DNA of 64,000 nucleotides, from the NCBI GenBank assembly GCA_051003155.1, contig JBPCLO010000008.1, positions 18,152-82,151 of the forward strand, written 5' to 3'. This DNA is from Fimbriimonadales bacterium (lineage in GTDB: Bacteria > Armatimonadota > Fimbriimonadia > Fimbriimonadales > ATM1). Made by a program: the position numbers and the translations under genes. A model generated the notes under the pieces. That model worked only from the letters and a program-made list of their open reading frames with translations, did not search any database and had not been told where the DNA came from. Shown piece by piece: positions 10,657-21,350 of the stretch (positions within the stretch are counted from its first letter, which is position 1; each line of letters starts with the position of its first letter).

Positions 10657-10791
10657 CTACTCGCCCTTGGGGGTCGTATCCGTGGGGGTCGTGGAATCGA
10701 CCGGCGTATCCGTCGTCTCATCCTTATTGCACCCAGCGGCAAACACGCCCACCATGGCAATCGTCATCAAAATAGCAATCAATTTCTTCAT
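10657..10791 (-). CDS. Small lipoprotein, 44 aa (not in ORF track)
   Basis: GGAGGTG RBS; MKKLIAILMTIAMVGVFAAGC-NKDETTDTPVDSTTPTDTTPKGE; lipobox FAAGC; downstream terminator. Confidence 0.85.
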   Translation of the reverse strand: MKKLIAILMTIAMVGVFAAGCNKDETTDTPVDSTTPTDTTPKGE

Positions 10792-10957
10792 GTTTCTAAG
10801 ACACCTCCGTACTACCGGATGAACCGGCTTGATTCGTCCGCCTCTTGTGGCGGCTCGAAATATATACCCCGGAATGCGCCAAAAAGGTGCGATTAGCCCA
10901 GGGAAATGGTGGGCAGGGCTGCCTGAGGGAGCGCCTCGGCCAGCGAAACACAGATGC

Positions 10958-11542
10958 TCACTTGTCGACCACCTTCATAGTAATCTCGTCGCCCCGCTCG
11001 ATCTTGTCGGCCACGTCCATGCCTTGCGTGACGGTGCCGAAAGCGGCATAGCCTCCCTGAAGGTGGTTCAATCTTTGCTTCAAGATGAAAATCTGCGAGT
11101 CACCGCCAACGCCGGGCCCGGTGCTTGCCATGGCGACCACTCCTCGGTCCATTGGTATATCGGTCAATTCGAACGATAGCTGGACTCCCGATCCCTTGGT
11201 GCCCACCTGCAGCTTTGTCCAGTCTTTCTCCTTCGATTGCGGGTCGCCCCATTGGACCACCGGGCCTTCGACGCGGTGCACTCTTTGACCGTTGTAAAAG
11301 CCTCCCTTTACGAGGGTGGCGATGCGCGAGGTGGTTTCTGGCGCCCTCTCGGCGCTCAGCTCCAGCACGATCTTGCCTTTGCCCTTCACGTCCATCTGCA
11401 CTGTTACGGGGGGTTTGGCAGGTGGCGCCGGCTGTTCGGCTGCACCGTCGTCCTTCGGCTCTGTGGTCACCTCCTTAGCTTGACAACCCGCGAGCACGGC
11501 TCCGACGATCGCGAGCATAAATACAATAATCAGGTTCCTCAT
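10958..11542 (-). CDS. Cyclophilin-type peptidyl-prolyl isomerase, lipoprotein
   Basis: Lipobox LAGC; GFYNGQRVHRV, VQWGDP, GVVAMA, SQIFI, YAAFG. Confidence 0.92.
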   Translation of the reverse strand: MRNLIIVFMLAIVGAVLAGCQAKEVTTEPKDDGAAEQPAPPAKPPVTVQMDVKGKGKIVLELSAERAPETTSRIATLVKGGFYNGQRVHRVEGPVVQWGDPQSKEKDWTKLQVGTKGSGVQLSFELTDIPMDRGVVAMASTGPGVGGDSQIFILKQRLNHLQGGYAAFGTVTQGMDVADKIERGDEITMKVVDK

Positions 11543-11581
11543 CAATTGTGGATGATACCTTGATGCCATACTCGCGGCAGC

Positions 11582-12829
11582 TTGTCCGACGCCGCAGGCC
11601 CCCGCAGATTGCAGTTCCGGCTCCCCGATTCATTCGGAGCCTTGCGCCACCGAGATTTCAGATTGTTCTGGGTCGGCGCTTTTGTTTCGTTCGTCGGCAC
11701 GTGGATCCAAAACACCGGCCAGCAATGGCTGGTTTACGAGCTCACGAACAGCAAGCAGGCACTCGGCATCGTCACGTTCATCGGCGCCGCGCCGATGTTC
11801 TTTCTCAGCCCGCTCGGCGGCTGGCTTGCGGATAGAAGCAACAAGAGGGTCGTCCTTGTCATTGCTCAGATGACCTTGGCGCTGTCGGCATTCCTGCTCG
11901 CCGGCTCGGTCTACTTCGGCTTCGTTTCCTATGAGCTGATCGCGGTCCTTGCTTTCGTGAACGGCTGCACGTCGGTCATCGAGATTCCCACGCGCCAATC
12001 GATGATCAGCGACATTGTCGCGGAGGAAGACCTCGCGAACGCTTTGCCGCTCAGCGCGGCGACCTTCAATACAGCACGCATCTTGGGGCCTGCGGTGGGT
12101 GGCTTACTGCTAGATTCGTTCGGACCCGGCGCATGTTATCTCGTGAACGGGATCAGTTTCTCGGCGATCGTGTTCGCGATTTTGGCAATCCGAGCCGACC
12201 TAAGGAGCACTTCGGACCGCTCGGCATCCATCAAGGATGCCCTTCTTGAAGGAATTCGCCACGTCGCAAGAACGCCAGCCTTTCGCACGCTTGTTCCGAT
12301 GATGATGACCACAGCGGTCTTCGGCCTGTTCTACATCGCCTTGCTTTCGGCTTTTGCCAAGTCGGTTCTGAACGTCGGCGCGCAAGGATTCGGCGCATTG
12401 CTGACTTCGACCGGCATCGGCGCGGTTTTGGGGGTTCTCGCAATCGCGACCGTGAGCAAGCGGCCTCTTAAGGGCTGGATTCCCATCATCTCGATGGTCG
12501 GAATCGGATCGAGCCTCCTCGCGCTCTCTTTCGTCGACAGTTTTCTGACGGCCGTGTTTTGCCTCGGTGCGATCGGTCTGTTCGGAGTCGGCCAGATGGT
12601 GGGGACGAACACCGCCCTCCAATACTTCAGTCCTCCGGAGTTGCGAGGCCGCGTAATTTCAGTGCACGTTTGGTCGCTCGCGGGGTTGAGTCCCCTTGGC
12701 GCATTGCTCTTCGGCTGGGTCAGCGAACGGGTGGGGCTGCCGCTGGCGTTTCGGATCGGCGGCGCGACAGTACTGGCAGTCGGGCTGCTCGTGCTTGCGT
12801 TTGGGCGTTCGGTCAAGTCTCTCGCTTGA
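11582..12829 (+). CDS. MFS transporter
   Basis: About 12 hydrophobic segments, GGWLADR motif, ALRHRDFRLFW N-terminus, PELRGRVIS. Confidence 0.92.
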   Translation: MSDAAGPRRLQFRLPDSFGALRHRDFRLFWVGAFVSFVGTWIQNTGQQWLVYELTNSKQALGIVTFIGAAPMFFLSPLGGWLADRSNKRVVLVIAQMTLALSAFLLAGSVYFGFVSYELIAVLAFVNGCTSVIEIPTRQSMISDIVAEEDLANALPLSAATFNTARILGPAVGGLLLDSFGPGACYLVNGISFSAIVFAILAIRADLRSTSDRSASIKDALLEGIRHVARTPAFRTLVPMMMTTAVFGLFYIALLSAFAKSVLNVGAQGFGALLTSTGIGAVLGVLAIATVSKRPLKGWIPIISMVGIGSSLLALSFVDSFLTAVFCLGAIGLFGVGQMVGTNTALQYFSPPELRGRVISVHVWSLAGLSPLGALLFGWVSERVGLPLAFRIGGATVLAVGLLVLAFGRSVKSLA

Positions 12830-12832
12830 CCA

Positions 12833-13957
12833 ATGGTAGCATTAGGCGATATGGCCAAGCGCCGTGGCAAGAGAGCGACCGCCGTTTTCCCTGCCCATCG
12901 TTCCATCGAAGTCGGAACGCCTCCGGGCACGCTGCTGGCGCCCCCGGACGCCCTGTCCACGAGCATTACGGCGATTTCCTACGGGAAGGCCGCGGTGGAA
13001 GAATACTCGATCGGCAACCCGTCCGAACTTGCCGGGCTACGCGAGGGGCCCGGCGTGCTCTGGGTCGACGTCCACGGGCTCGCTGACATGTCTGCAATTC
13101 AGCAAATCGGTGACGCCTTCGGATTACATGATCTGGCCCTCGAGGATGTGCTCAACCTTCACCAGCGAGCGAAGATCGAGTATTACGAAGACCATTATTT
13201 TATTGTCGTCCACGCGGTCGACTACCAGGAATCTCTCGAGATCGAGCAGCTTAGCCTGTTCCTAGGCCCGAACTTCGTGCTGACTTTTCAACCCACGCAA
13301 ATAGCATGCCTCGACCCCTTGCATGAGCGTCTTCGAAAAAGGCAAGACAAGATTTATCTGAACGGCTCGGATTATTTGGCATATTCCATCCTCGACGCAG
13401 TTATCGACGGATATTTTCCGGTTCTGGAGAAATATGGTGAGATCATAGAAGAAGCGGAAGAGCGAATCGTCGCCAAACCGACATCGGAATCGCTCGCCAG
13501 CATTCACGATGTGCGTCGAGAGTTGCTGAACTTGCGCCGTATAATGTGGCCCCTAAGAGATGCACTCAATTCGCTTTACCGCGACGAAACCTCGCTAATT
13601 ACCACCGAGACATTGCCGTATTTGCGCGACTGCTATGACCACGCCGTTCGAATCATCGATCTCTTGGAGACGTATCGAGAGCTGGGGGCAGATTTACAGG
13701 ACATTTACCTTTCCAGTGTAAGCAATCGGACAAACGAAGTTATGAAGGTTCTTACAATTATCACGACTATTTTTATTCCGCTGAGTTTTATCGCCAGCGT
13801 TTATGGAATGAATTTTGACCACATGCCAGAATTACGCAAGGAGAACGGCTACTTCGTTGTCCTTGCCTTTATGGGATTCATAGGCTTGGCACTCGTCTTC
13901 TATTTTTGGAAAAGAGGCTGGCTTTCGAAAGACGATTTCGATCCTAGAAATCGTTGA
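12833..13957 (+). CDS. corA: Magnesium/cobalt transporter CorA
   Basis: LALEDVLN, QRAKIE, MKVLTIIT...YGMNF signature, two C-terminal TM helices. Confidence 0.96.
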   Translation: MVALGDMAKRRGKRATAVFPAHRSIEVGTPPGTLLAPPDALSTSITAISYGKAAVEEYSIGNPSELAGLREGPGVLWVDVHGLADMSAIQQIGDAFGLHDLALEDVLNLHQRAKIEYYEDHYFIVVHAVDYQESLEIEQLSLFLGPNFVLTFQPTQIACLDPLHERLRKRQDKIYLNGSDYLAYSILDAVIDGYFPVLEKYGEIIEEAEERIVAKPTSESLASIHDVRRELLNLRRIMWPLRDALNSLYRDETSLITTETLPYLRDCYDHAVRIIDLLETYRELGADLQDIYLSSVSNRTNEVMKVLTIITTIFIPLSFIASVYGMNFDHMPELRKENGYFVVLAFMGFIGLALVFYFWKRGWLSKDDFDPRNR

Positions 13958-15326
13958 GGGCCGCCGTCAGCTTCGAAACGGTTGCTTTGGCGTCTCCGAA
14001 AAGCATCACAGTGTTCGGCATCGCGTAAAGCTCATTATCCACGCCGGCATAACCAGGGTTCATGCTCCTTTTGGAGACCATGCAGGTCTTAGCTTTATCA
14101 ACGTCCAAAATCGGCATCCCAAAAATAGGGCTATTTCGGTCATATCTCGCCGCGGGGTTCGTAACGTCGTTCGCGCCGATGACAAGTGCGACGTCGGTTT
14201 CCGGGAAAGACGAGTTTATTTCATCAAGATCGAAGAGCTGATCATACGACACATCCGCTTCGGCCAATAGGACGTTCATATGCCCAGGCATGCGGCCCGC
14301 AACAGGATGGATCGCATACTTTACTTCGATCCCCATTTCCGCTAGCTTATTGGCGAGGTCTTTAACGGCATGCTGCGCCTGAGCGACGGCCATTCCATAA
14401 CCCGGAACGATGATCACGCTATTCGCGCTGGCAAACACTATGGCCGCGTCTTCTACCGAGTAACTCCGGATATTTCCTTGCGATAAAGAGGCCGCCGTTG
14501 CGGCGGCGCGCGAGTTTCCTCCAAGCGCGCCGAACAGCACGCTTTCCAGTGAACGGTTCATCGCCTTGCACATTTGCAGCGTTAGAATTAGGCCACTCGC
14601 GCCGACCAAGCCGCCGCCGATTAGGAGCGCCGTGTTATTCATCACGAATCCTGCAAGGCCAGCAGCAACGCCCGTGAGAGAATTCAGCAGCGAAATAACG
14701 ACAGGCATATCCGCGCCGCCGATCGGCAAAACCGCCAATACGCCGAGAAGCAGAGAGACGATCAAGATTGCGACGAATGCGCCATTCGTTCCGCCTGTTC
14801 CGATGACGAAGAAAGTAAGCGCAATTGCGGATGCGAACAGAACAAGGTTGATGGGTTTTTGCCCAGGATAGCCTATCGATCGGCCCGGGATGAGTTCCTG
14901 CAGTTTCCCGTAAGCGATCATGCTTCCTGAAAAACTAATTGCGCCGATCAAGGTACTGAGGACGATCGTCAAGATCGAACCGAACGGATGCGTCGACCCG
15001 CGCATAAATTCGATCGTGGCCACGAGCGCAACCGCGCCTCCTCCGAGGCCGTTGAATAGAGCGATCATCTGCGGCATCGCGGTCATCTGCACTTGCCTTG
15101 CCGAAACGAATCCAATTACGGTGCCGATCAACAGGGCAACCAGAATCCAGATCACGTTCGCCGCGTTGAAACCGGGAAGAAAAAACGTCACAACGATCGC
15201 TGCGCCCATTCCCAGCGCCGCAAGCCCGTTGCCTAGCCGCGCCGTTCTCGGCGAGTTCATCAGCTTCAGCGATACGATGAAGCAAATCGCGGTGGCCAGA
15301 TAAATCCCGCTTACCCAGTCGCTCAC
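13944..15326 (-). CDS. pntB: NAD(P) transhydrogenase subunit beta
   Basis: IGGADMPVVISLLNS, VPGYGMAVAQAQH, HPVAGRMPGHMNVLLAEA. Confidence 0.97.
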   Translation of the reverse strand: MSDWVSGIYLATAICFIVSLKLMNSPRTARLGNGLAALGMGAAIVVTFFLPGFNAANVIWILVALLIGTVIGFVSARQVQMTAMPQMIALFNGLGGGAVALVATIEFMRGSTHPFGSILTIVLSTLIGAISFSGSMIAYGKLQELIPGRSIGYPGQKPINLVLFASAIALTFFVIGTGGTNGAFVAILIVSLLLGVLAVLPIGGADMPVVISLLNSLTGVAAGLAGFVMNNTALLIGGGLVGASGLILTLQMCKAMNRSLESVLFGALGGNSRAAATAASLSQGNIRSYSVEDAAIVFASANSVIIVPGYGMAVAQAQHAVKDLANKLAEMGIEVKYAIHPVAGRMPGHMNVLLAEADVSYDQLFDLDEINSSFPETDVALVIGANDVTNPAARYDRNSPIFGMPILDVDKAKTCMVSKRSMNPGYAGVDNELYAMPNTVMLFGDAKATVSKLTAALNDF

Positions 15327-15613
15327 TGCTTTTTCACCGTCTTCTTCTTGAACATCTCGAGCATTCGATCGGTGACGACGAAACCACCGACGACGTTTAG
15401 TGTTCCGAAGATCACGGCGACCGTCCCGATAATAATTTCAAGCGCGCTATTTGCCTGAGCCAAAACGATGAGTGCGCCGACCAAGATTACCCCGTGAATC
15501 GCATTTGTCGCGGACATCAGAGGTGTATGCAAGGTCGGAGGCACTTTGGAAATAACCTCCACGCCCACAAACACCGCCAAAACAAAAATCGTAATTGTTG
15601 CGACAAGATCCAT
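15323..15613 (-). CDS. pntAB: NAD(P) transhydrogenase subunit alpha part 2
   Basis: LHTPLMSATNAIHG, NVVGGFVVTDRMLEMF. Confidence 0.95.
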   Translation of the reverse strand: MDLVATITIFVLAVFVGVEVISKVPPTLHTPLMSATNAIHGVILVGALIVLAQANSALEIIIGTVAVIFGTLNVVGGFVVTDRMLEMFKKKTVKKQ

Positions 15614-16762
15614 TTATCCGATCCCCCTTTCTATCAGCAGCCGGGTTGGCTCGTGCATGATCTTTCCTTCGTAGGTCAACAGCGCTCCCCTTGTCACGGC
15701 ATCGTCAAGATTCACGACGAACGACCCCTCGTTAAGTAAGTGACTCACGAAGGCAGTGATGTTCTTCGAATACATTTGGCTAGCGTGCACGGCCATCGTG
15801 CTGGGCATGTCGAAAAGCCCAATAATCGTTACGCCGAATTTCACGACGGTCTGCCCTGGAACCGTCAATTCGCAGTTCCCGCCGTTGACCGCGGCGAGGT
15901 CGACGATGACGCTTCCCCGAGACATCGTGCGAACCATTTCCTCGGTAATCAGTTTTGGGGCGGGCCTGCCGGGGATCAGGGCGGTAGTAATCACAACGTC
16001 GCTTTTGGGAAGCTGCTGGGCGATGACCCCGAGTTCGTGCACGTGCGTGTCGGACGAAACCTCTTTGGCGTAGCCGCCGGCGTCTTCGGCCTCCTCGGAG
16101 GAAAGGCCCAAGTCTACGTATTTCGCACCGAGGCTCTCCACTTGCTCCTTCACTGCGGGTCGAACGTCGAACGCCTCCACAATCGCTCCCAGGCGCCTCG
16201 CGGTGGCGATCGCTTGCAGGCCGGCCACTCCAGCACCGATCACCAAGACTCGTGCTGGCGCGATGCTACCAGCGGCCGTCATGAGCATCGGAAAGAACTT
16301 CGGTAGTTCTGCCGCCGCCAAGAGCACGCCCTTGTACCCTGCAATCGTGCTCATCGAACTCAACGCGTCCATCGTCTGGGCGCGCGAGATTCGAGGCATG
16401 AGGTCCATCGCAAAGCAGGTGATGCGCTGCGCGTTGAGCGCTCTCACTGTAGCCACGTTGGCCTGTGGAAACATGAACGCTACGAGCGCCGAGCCTGCCT
16501 TCATGCTCGGTAGGGCCCCAGGATGCCCATCCATCGGACCGGTAACCTGAAGAACCATGTCGGCCTTCGAGATCGCCTCGCCGTCCGTCATGGTTGCGCC
16601 CGCTTGCTCGTACGCCGCGTTCGCGATCGAGGCGCCGTGGCCCGCATCGCGTTCGACCAGGACATATGCACCTTGTGCGATCAACGCACGGGCGCCGTCA
16701 GGCGCCAATGCGACTCGTCTTTCGCCGGGCGTCGTTTCTTTGGGTACCGCAATGATCAACAT
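15614..16762 (-). CDS. pntAA: NAD(P) transhydrogenase subunit alpha part 1
   Basis: PKETTPGERRVA, RAQTMDALSS, GAGVAGLQA, TTALIPGRPAP, GGNCE. Confidence 0.96.
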   Translation of the reverse strand: MLIIAVPKETTPGERRVALAPDGARALIAQGAYVLVERDAGHGASIANAAYEQAGATMTDGEAISKADMVLQVTGPMDGHPGALPSMKAGSALVAFMFPQANVATVRALNAQRITCFAMDLMPRISRAQTMDALSSMSTIAGYKGVLLAAAELPKFFPMLMTAAGSIAPARVLVIGAGVAGLQAIATARRLGAIVEAFDVRPAVKEQVESLGAKYVDLGLSSEEAEDAGGYAKEVSSDTHVHELGVIAQQLPKSDVVITTALIPGRPAPKLITEEMVRTMSRGSVIVDLAAVNGGNCELTVPGQTVVKFGVTIIGLFDMPSTMAVHASQMYSKNITAFVSHLLNEGSFVVNLDDAVTRGALLTYEGKIMHEPTRLLIERGIG

Positions 16763-16823
16763 TTCCCTCCGCTACGTTCGGAATGGTATACTACACCAGC
16801 GCCGCCGGGGCGCTTTTTTCATT

Positions 16824-18113
16824 ATGCCTACGCTAATAATCGTTGGCGCACTTTGGGGAGACGAAGCCAAAGGCAAACTTGTAGACGTCCTCGCCGAACA
16901 GGCACAGTGGAATGTCCGGTTCAGCGGGGGCAACAACGCTGGGCACACCGTTCGCACCGGCGGCATCACGTACCGATTCCACCTCATCCCTTCGGGAATT
17001 CTGCACCCGGATTGCACCGCAGTTCTGGCTGGCGGCATGGTCGTTTGCCCTAAAGCGCTGCTGGAAGAACTCGCCGAGACTAAAGAGAAAGCGGGCACGC
17101 TGGGCAAACTCCTGATCAGCGCATCGGCACACGTGGTATTCCCCTATCATCGCCAAATTGACGCACTCGAAGAAGCGCTTAGGGGAGATTCCAAGATCGG
17201 TACGACGAGCCGCGGGATCGGACCGGCCTATCAGGACAAAGCCGCCAGGATCGGAATCCGTATGGGAGAGTTTGTTGACCCCGCTCGCTTTGCTGCGCGG
17301 CTCAAGGACGTGCTGGGCTACAAAAACAAACTGCTCAAGCTCCTGGGCGGTGAATCGATCGATTTTGACAGGCTTTATTACGAATACTGTACTTATGCGA
17401 CACAGATCAAACCGTTTGTCGCCGACGTTGAGCGCGACGTCAATGACGCCATTCGCAAAGGAGAGCCTGTTCTCTTCGAGGGCGCGCAAGGGGCCCTCTT
17501 AGATCTTGACCAAGGAACGTATCCTTATGTGACGAGCAGTCATCCGATCGCCGCGGGCGCATGTATCGGAACCGGCCTTTCGCCGAATCGGGTCGACAAT
17601 GTCTTAGGCGTCTGTGTAGCCTACGCTACCCGCGTCGGCTCGGGCCCATTTCCGAGCGAACTTTGTGGCGAACTCGCTGAAAGAATTCGCGAGGCCGGCA
17701 ACGAATACGGCACCACGACAGGTAGGCCGAGAAGATGTGGTTGGCTAGACTTGGTCGCGCTCAGGCAATCCTGTCACATGAATGGATTCACAAGCCTTGC
17801 CGTCACGCGCCTCGACGTGCTCGGCGGATTCGACACCGTGGGCCTTTGCACTTCCTACGACATAGGCGGCCGCCGGGTAGACTGGATGCCTTCCGACGCC
17901 AACGAGCTCGAAAAGGCAGAGCCGGCTTTCGAGACAATGCGAGGCTGGGAGGGCGACATCTCCGGATGCAGGTCGTTCGCGGACCTGCCCGAAGCTGCCC
18001 GCACCTTCGTGGAGCGCATCGCAGAGTTCACCGAAACGCCTGTATCGATCCTTTCGATTGGAGCCAGCCGAGAGGAAACGATCATCGCCAGGCCCGAACT
18101 GCTCTGGAAGTAG
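16824..18113 (+). CDS. purA: Adenylosuccinate synthetase
   Basis: WGDEAKGK, GGNNAGHT, GIGPAY, EGAQG, EYGTTTGRPRRCGWLD. Start at 16824. Confidence 0.97.
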   Translation: MPTLIIVGALWGDEAKGKLVDVLAEQAQWNVRFSGGNNAGHTVRTGGITYRFHLIPSGILHPDCTAVLAGGMVVCPKALLEELAETKEKAGTLGKLLISASAHVVFPYHRQIDALEEALRGDSKIGTTSRGIGPAYQDKAARIGIRMGEFVDPARFAARLKDVLGYKNKLLKLLGGESIDFDRLYYEYCTYATQIKPFVADVERDVNDAIRKGEPVLFEGAQGALLDLDQGTYPYVTSSHPIAAGACIGTGLSPNRVDNVLGVCVAYATRVGSGPFPSELCGELAERIREAGNEYGTTTGRPRRCGWLDLVALRQSCHMNGFTSLAVTRLDVLGGFDTVGLCTSYDIGGRRVDWMPSDANELEKAEPAFETMRGWEGDISGCRSFADLPEAARTFVERIAEFTETPVSILSIGASREETIIARPELLWK

Positions 18114-18168
18114 GTCAAGCCTGCGCTGACGGGGACTTTTGCCGGAATCAGCCGCAAAACCGCGTACA

Positions 18169-18650
18169 ATGTTAGACGTGCCTCAGCCGTACTGGCGGAT
18201 CTGCATGTTCGGCGGTCTTCGGGTCACGGTCCCGGGGGCGAAGAGGTTACGCGATTCGAGACCCGCAAGTCTGGCGCCCTCTTGGCGGAACTCGCCCTCG
18301 ACATTGGCCGCTACGGAGACCGAAACGAACTGGCGGACCTGTTTTGGCCAGGTTATGAGCCGGAAGTTGCTAACAACAGCTTGCGTCAAGCCCTCGCTTC
18401 GATTCGGAGAACGCTTCACGATGAGGACCGCGGCGACAGCCCTTCGTTGAACCGACCACCTTCGCGTTCGCCTGAATCCCGCGCTTGGCACTTCCGATGC
18501 ACACGAGTTCGTGCAACTTTTGAAGACGGACTCCGACCTTTCCGCTGCCGTCGCTCTTTACGGCGGGCCTTGCTGCCCGAGATTTCCGATGACCACATTG
18601 CCGTTCGAAGGGATCACTTTGCCGAGCAGAACGTTTTGTCGCGAGGCTGA
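18169..18650 (+). pseudogene. SARP/BTAD-type transcriptional activator, frameshifted and truncated
   Basis: Pieces across frames: WRICMFGGLRV / TRFETRKSGALLAELAL...ELADLFWP...NSLRQALASIRR / VRLNP...DAHEF / ALLPEISDD. Confidence 0.75.
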
Positions 18651-19086
18651 AACTTGCGACCCGCCTTGCCAATAGCGACCTGCACGCCGCGGCCCAACTC
18701 GGACAGTTGAGCGCGTGGCCGCTCGGCGCGCTCGCGCTACGGGCCGCGTCGTTATCGGGACGGACGCAGTGCCTGAAGAAACTCGCGAGGCTTGGCAGAT
18801 GCGGCTCAATCGTCTTCAGTTCGCTTGCGGCTGCGTCAAGGCGACAGATCGGGTTGGCCGTCGGAACGGTCGGCTACTTGGCGTGGTTAGGCCTCTCTCC
18901 CGGGGGCTTTGCGCGCTTCGGTGGAACGGCCTTTGGTACGGCCTCGCGGCCGTCGTCGTCACTGCCGGGATCGGAAAGATTGTCGGTCTCTGGTCGGCGA
19001 ACAACAAGTTTGGCTACGGCGATCGATGAGATTCAGCGCGAGTGGAGGGCCGAGCCGTTGCCGGATGGCGATCCGGACATGTGCGG

Positions 19087-21288
19087 TTAGAACAGCAGGC
19101 CACGTAGAAGGTATGTCCCTGCGGGGCTCGAAAGCAAGTTTGGCGGTTGGAAACCAAAACCGCCGTAGGCGCGCAAAGTCGTTACGATCATCTCCCCCTC
19201 TCCACGCCTGACCCTGACTGCAACCGGCAGTTCTTCATAGGTCCGGGTGTCGATCCGGAGCAGCAGCGGCTCGGCTCCCTCAGGCAAGACGGCGGGGTCG
19301 AGGGTGCGATCGCCCAGCGTCATCAACAGCGTCGGCCAGCGCCCGCCCAGCAGCGCGTCGTACTTCGGGTCAGGAAATTCGTATGCCGCCTCTCGAAACG
19401 CTGGCCGCGCCGGGCCCTCGGAAGCGAACACGATAAGTCGGGAGCCGTTTTCGACACGTTCCTCCCAATCTGCCGGTAATTCCGTGGACACCAGGTTCGG
19501 ACCACCTCCAAACGCCGTGCCGTCGAACATCCCGCTCCTATCCAACAAAGTCCATCCGTTCGTGTCGATTTCTGGGGAAACCACTGTGATCGGCCACGAC
19601 TTGGCGATGATCGGCTCGCTCCCCGCCCGTACCTCGACCTCGAGGTTGCCGCACGCGTTTGTCGGCGCCTCCCAACGGACGTTCGCAACTTCGCACGGCA
19701 CAAGCCGGGCGGCCTCGAAGTCTTCCTCCCCTTCCGCGGCCACGGCTCCGTTTAGAATCAGGCGCCAGTGAGCGATGCCGCGAAGACCGTCTTCAGAATG
19801 AAGGCCCACCCGCAGGGCTCGCTGCCCGGTGAAATGATGCCAAGCGTCGGACGAGCTCGCACGGTTGCCGCCCGTCAACCACGGAAACCGCCGCGAGGGA
19901 ACAAGAAATAGCACATCGGGACCCATGAATCCCCGTGTCTCTTCCGGCGCAAACCTCGGCGATCCCCAGTCGTCGAACCAGCCGCTGCTCGAAATCGGCG
20001 TGTCGGCCCAGCCGGTGATGACGCTTCCCGCGAAGCTGTCCCGCGAGCGAAGCCATTCCTGAAACATCCGATGGGCGAACAGCTTCATCCCCCTGCTGCT
20101 TTCCATGAGCTTCCGATGTCGCTCTTCATCCATCGAGAACTTATCGATAACGTCCGGCAGGTCGTACTGCCAGCGCACACCCTTGTCGTTCAGCTTTGGA
20201 TCTGCGCTCGACCAATACGGCTTCTCGGCTGCAATTCGAGGCAAGTCGCGGTGAACATCGAAGTCGTTGCATTCGCCGAACAGGACGAGCTTCCCCGAAC
20301 GCGGCCCCGGAGCCAAGGCATCGAGGACCGCGGGAAAGTGCGCCAGGTCGCAATAAGGATGGAAGTCCTCGAAATCACCGAACTCGGCCGGGTCGCCGCC
20401 GTACATCTCCGCTCCACCGGAACTATCTTTCACCAAAGCTCCTCCTGACAGCTCCTTCACCCTGCCGAATAAGGAGCGACGATCCGAGCGCGACATCTGC
20501 GAGCCCAGCTCGCAGCCGATCGTCCAGAGAATAATCGCGGGGTGATGTCGATACTGCAGTACGATTCGCTCGATCTCCCTGGTGGTTTGCGCCACGTCCT
20601 CGGGCCGCGAGCCCGGATTCCAAACGGGGAGTTCCATCCAGCCGAACATTCCCAGTTCATCGAGAGCGTCCAGGTACTCGTGTGGTGGCGCCCAAAGGCA
20701 GAACTTCACCAGGTTGAACCCCATATCCTGGGCGGCCCTCGCTTCGGAAAGGCATCGCTCGCGGCTCGGGTTCGGATGCCGCAGGTCCGGATACCATCCC
20801 CAATGAAGCAAACCGCGAATGAAGGTCGGCTTGCCATCGACGTATAACTTTGGGCCCTCGACTGACGTCCTCACCGGGGCCGCGGGCTGGGGCGTCGGCG
20901 CGCCCGCGACCCACTCCACGTCCTTGTGAATCCCCCCGAAGGTTCCGAACACGTGCGGTAGAAAACCCGAGGCCACACTACTCACCGGGAAGCGAGGACC
21001 GCCGTTCTTCACCACTTCCACACGAACCTCGACGGGTTCCTCGGCAACAACGGGCACCGAGAACGCATCCCATAACCCTAGGTGCTCCGCTCGAAGTTCG
21101 TCGCCGATGAAGACTCTCGCATGGGCGCTCACTCCATGGAACACCAGATGCCCCGAACCCGGTCCGATCACCCTGCGGTAGACGGCCGGTCCTTCCCATC
21201 GAAGGTCGACCTCTTCGCCCCATACGTGAGGCAGGGTGACGGGCTTTGGGCCCTCTCCGTAGTCGACCGTCCACTCGGAAAGGGGCAT
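19087..21288 (-). CDS. Glycoside hydrolase family 2-like protein
   Basis: LVFHGVSAHARVF (GH2 N-domain), LYVDGKPTFIRG, MGFNLVK, DELGM, HHPAIILWTIGCE. Confidence 0.85.
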   Translation of the reverse strand: MPLSEWTVDYGEGPKPVTLPHVWGEEVDLRWEGPAVYRRVIGPGSGHLVFHGVSAHARVFIGDELRAEHLGLWDAFSVPVVAEEPVEVRVEVVKNGGPRFPVSSVASGFLPHVFGTFGGIHKDVEWVAGAPTPQPAAPVRTSVEGPKLYVDGKPTFIRGLLHWGWYPDLRHPNPSRERCLSEARAAQDMGFNLVKFCLWAPPHEYLDALDELGMFGWMELPVWNPGSRPEDVAQTTREIERIVLQYRHHPAIILWTIGCELGSQMSRSDRRSLFGRVKELSGGALVKDSSGGAEMYGGDPAEFGDFEDFHPYCDLAHFPAVLDALAPGPRSGKLVLFGECNDFDVHRDLPRIAAEKPYWSSADPKLNDKGVRWQYDLPDVIDKFSMDEERHRKLMESSRGMKLFAHRMFQEWLRSRDSFAGSVITGWADTPISSSGWFDDWGSPRFAPEETRGFMGPDVLFLVPSRRFPWLTGGNRASSSDAWHHFTGQRALRVGLHSEDGLRGIAHWRLILNGAVAAEGEEDFEAARLVPCEVANVRWEAPTNACGNLEVEVRAGSEPIIAKSWPITVVSPEIDTNGWTLLDRSGMFDGTAFGGGPNLVSTELPADWEERVENGSRLIVFASEGPARPAFREAAYEFPDPKYDALLGGRWPTLLMTLGDRTLDPAVLPEGAEPLLLRIDTRTYEELPVAVRVRRGEGEMIVTTLRAYGGFGFQPPNLLSSPAGTYLLRGLLF

Positions 21289-21350
21289 TTACGATTGAGC
21301 TTTGCAGACCTCGTCGGTCACCCGCGATTCCGTCTTGATTTCGCACTTCA

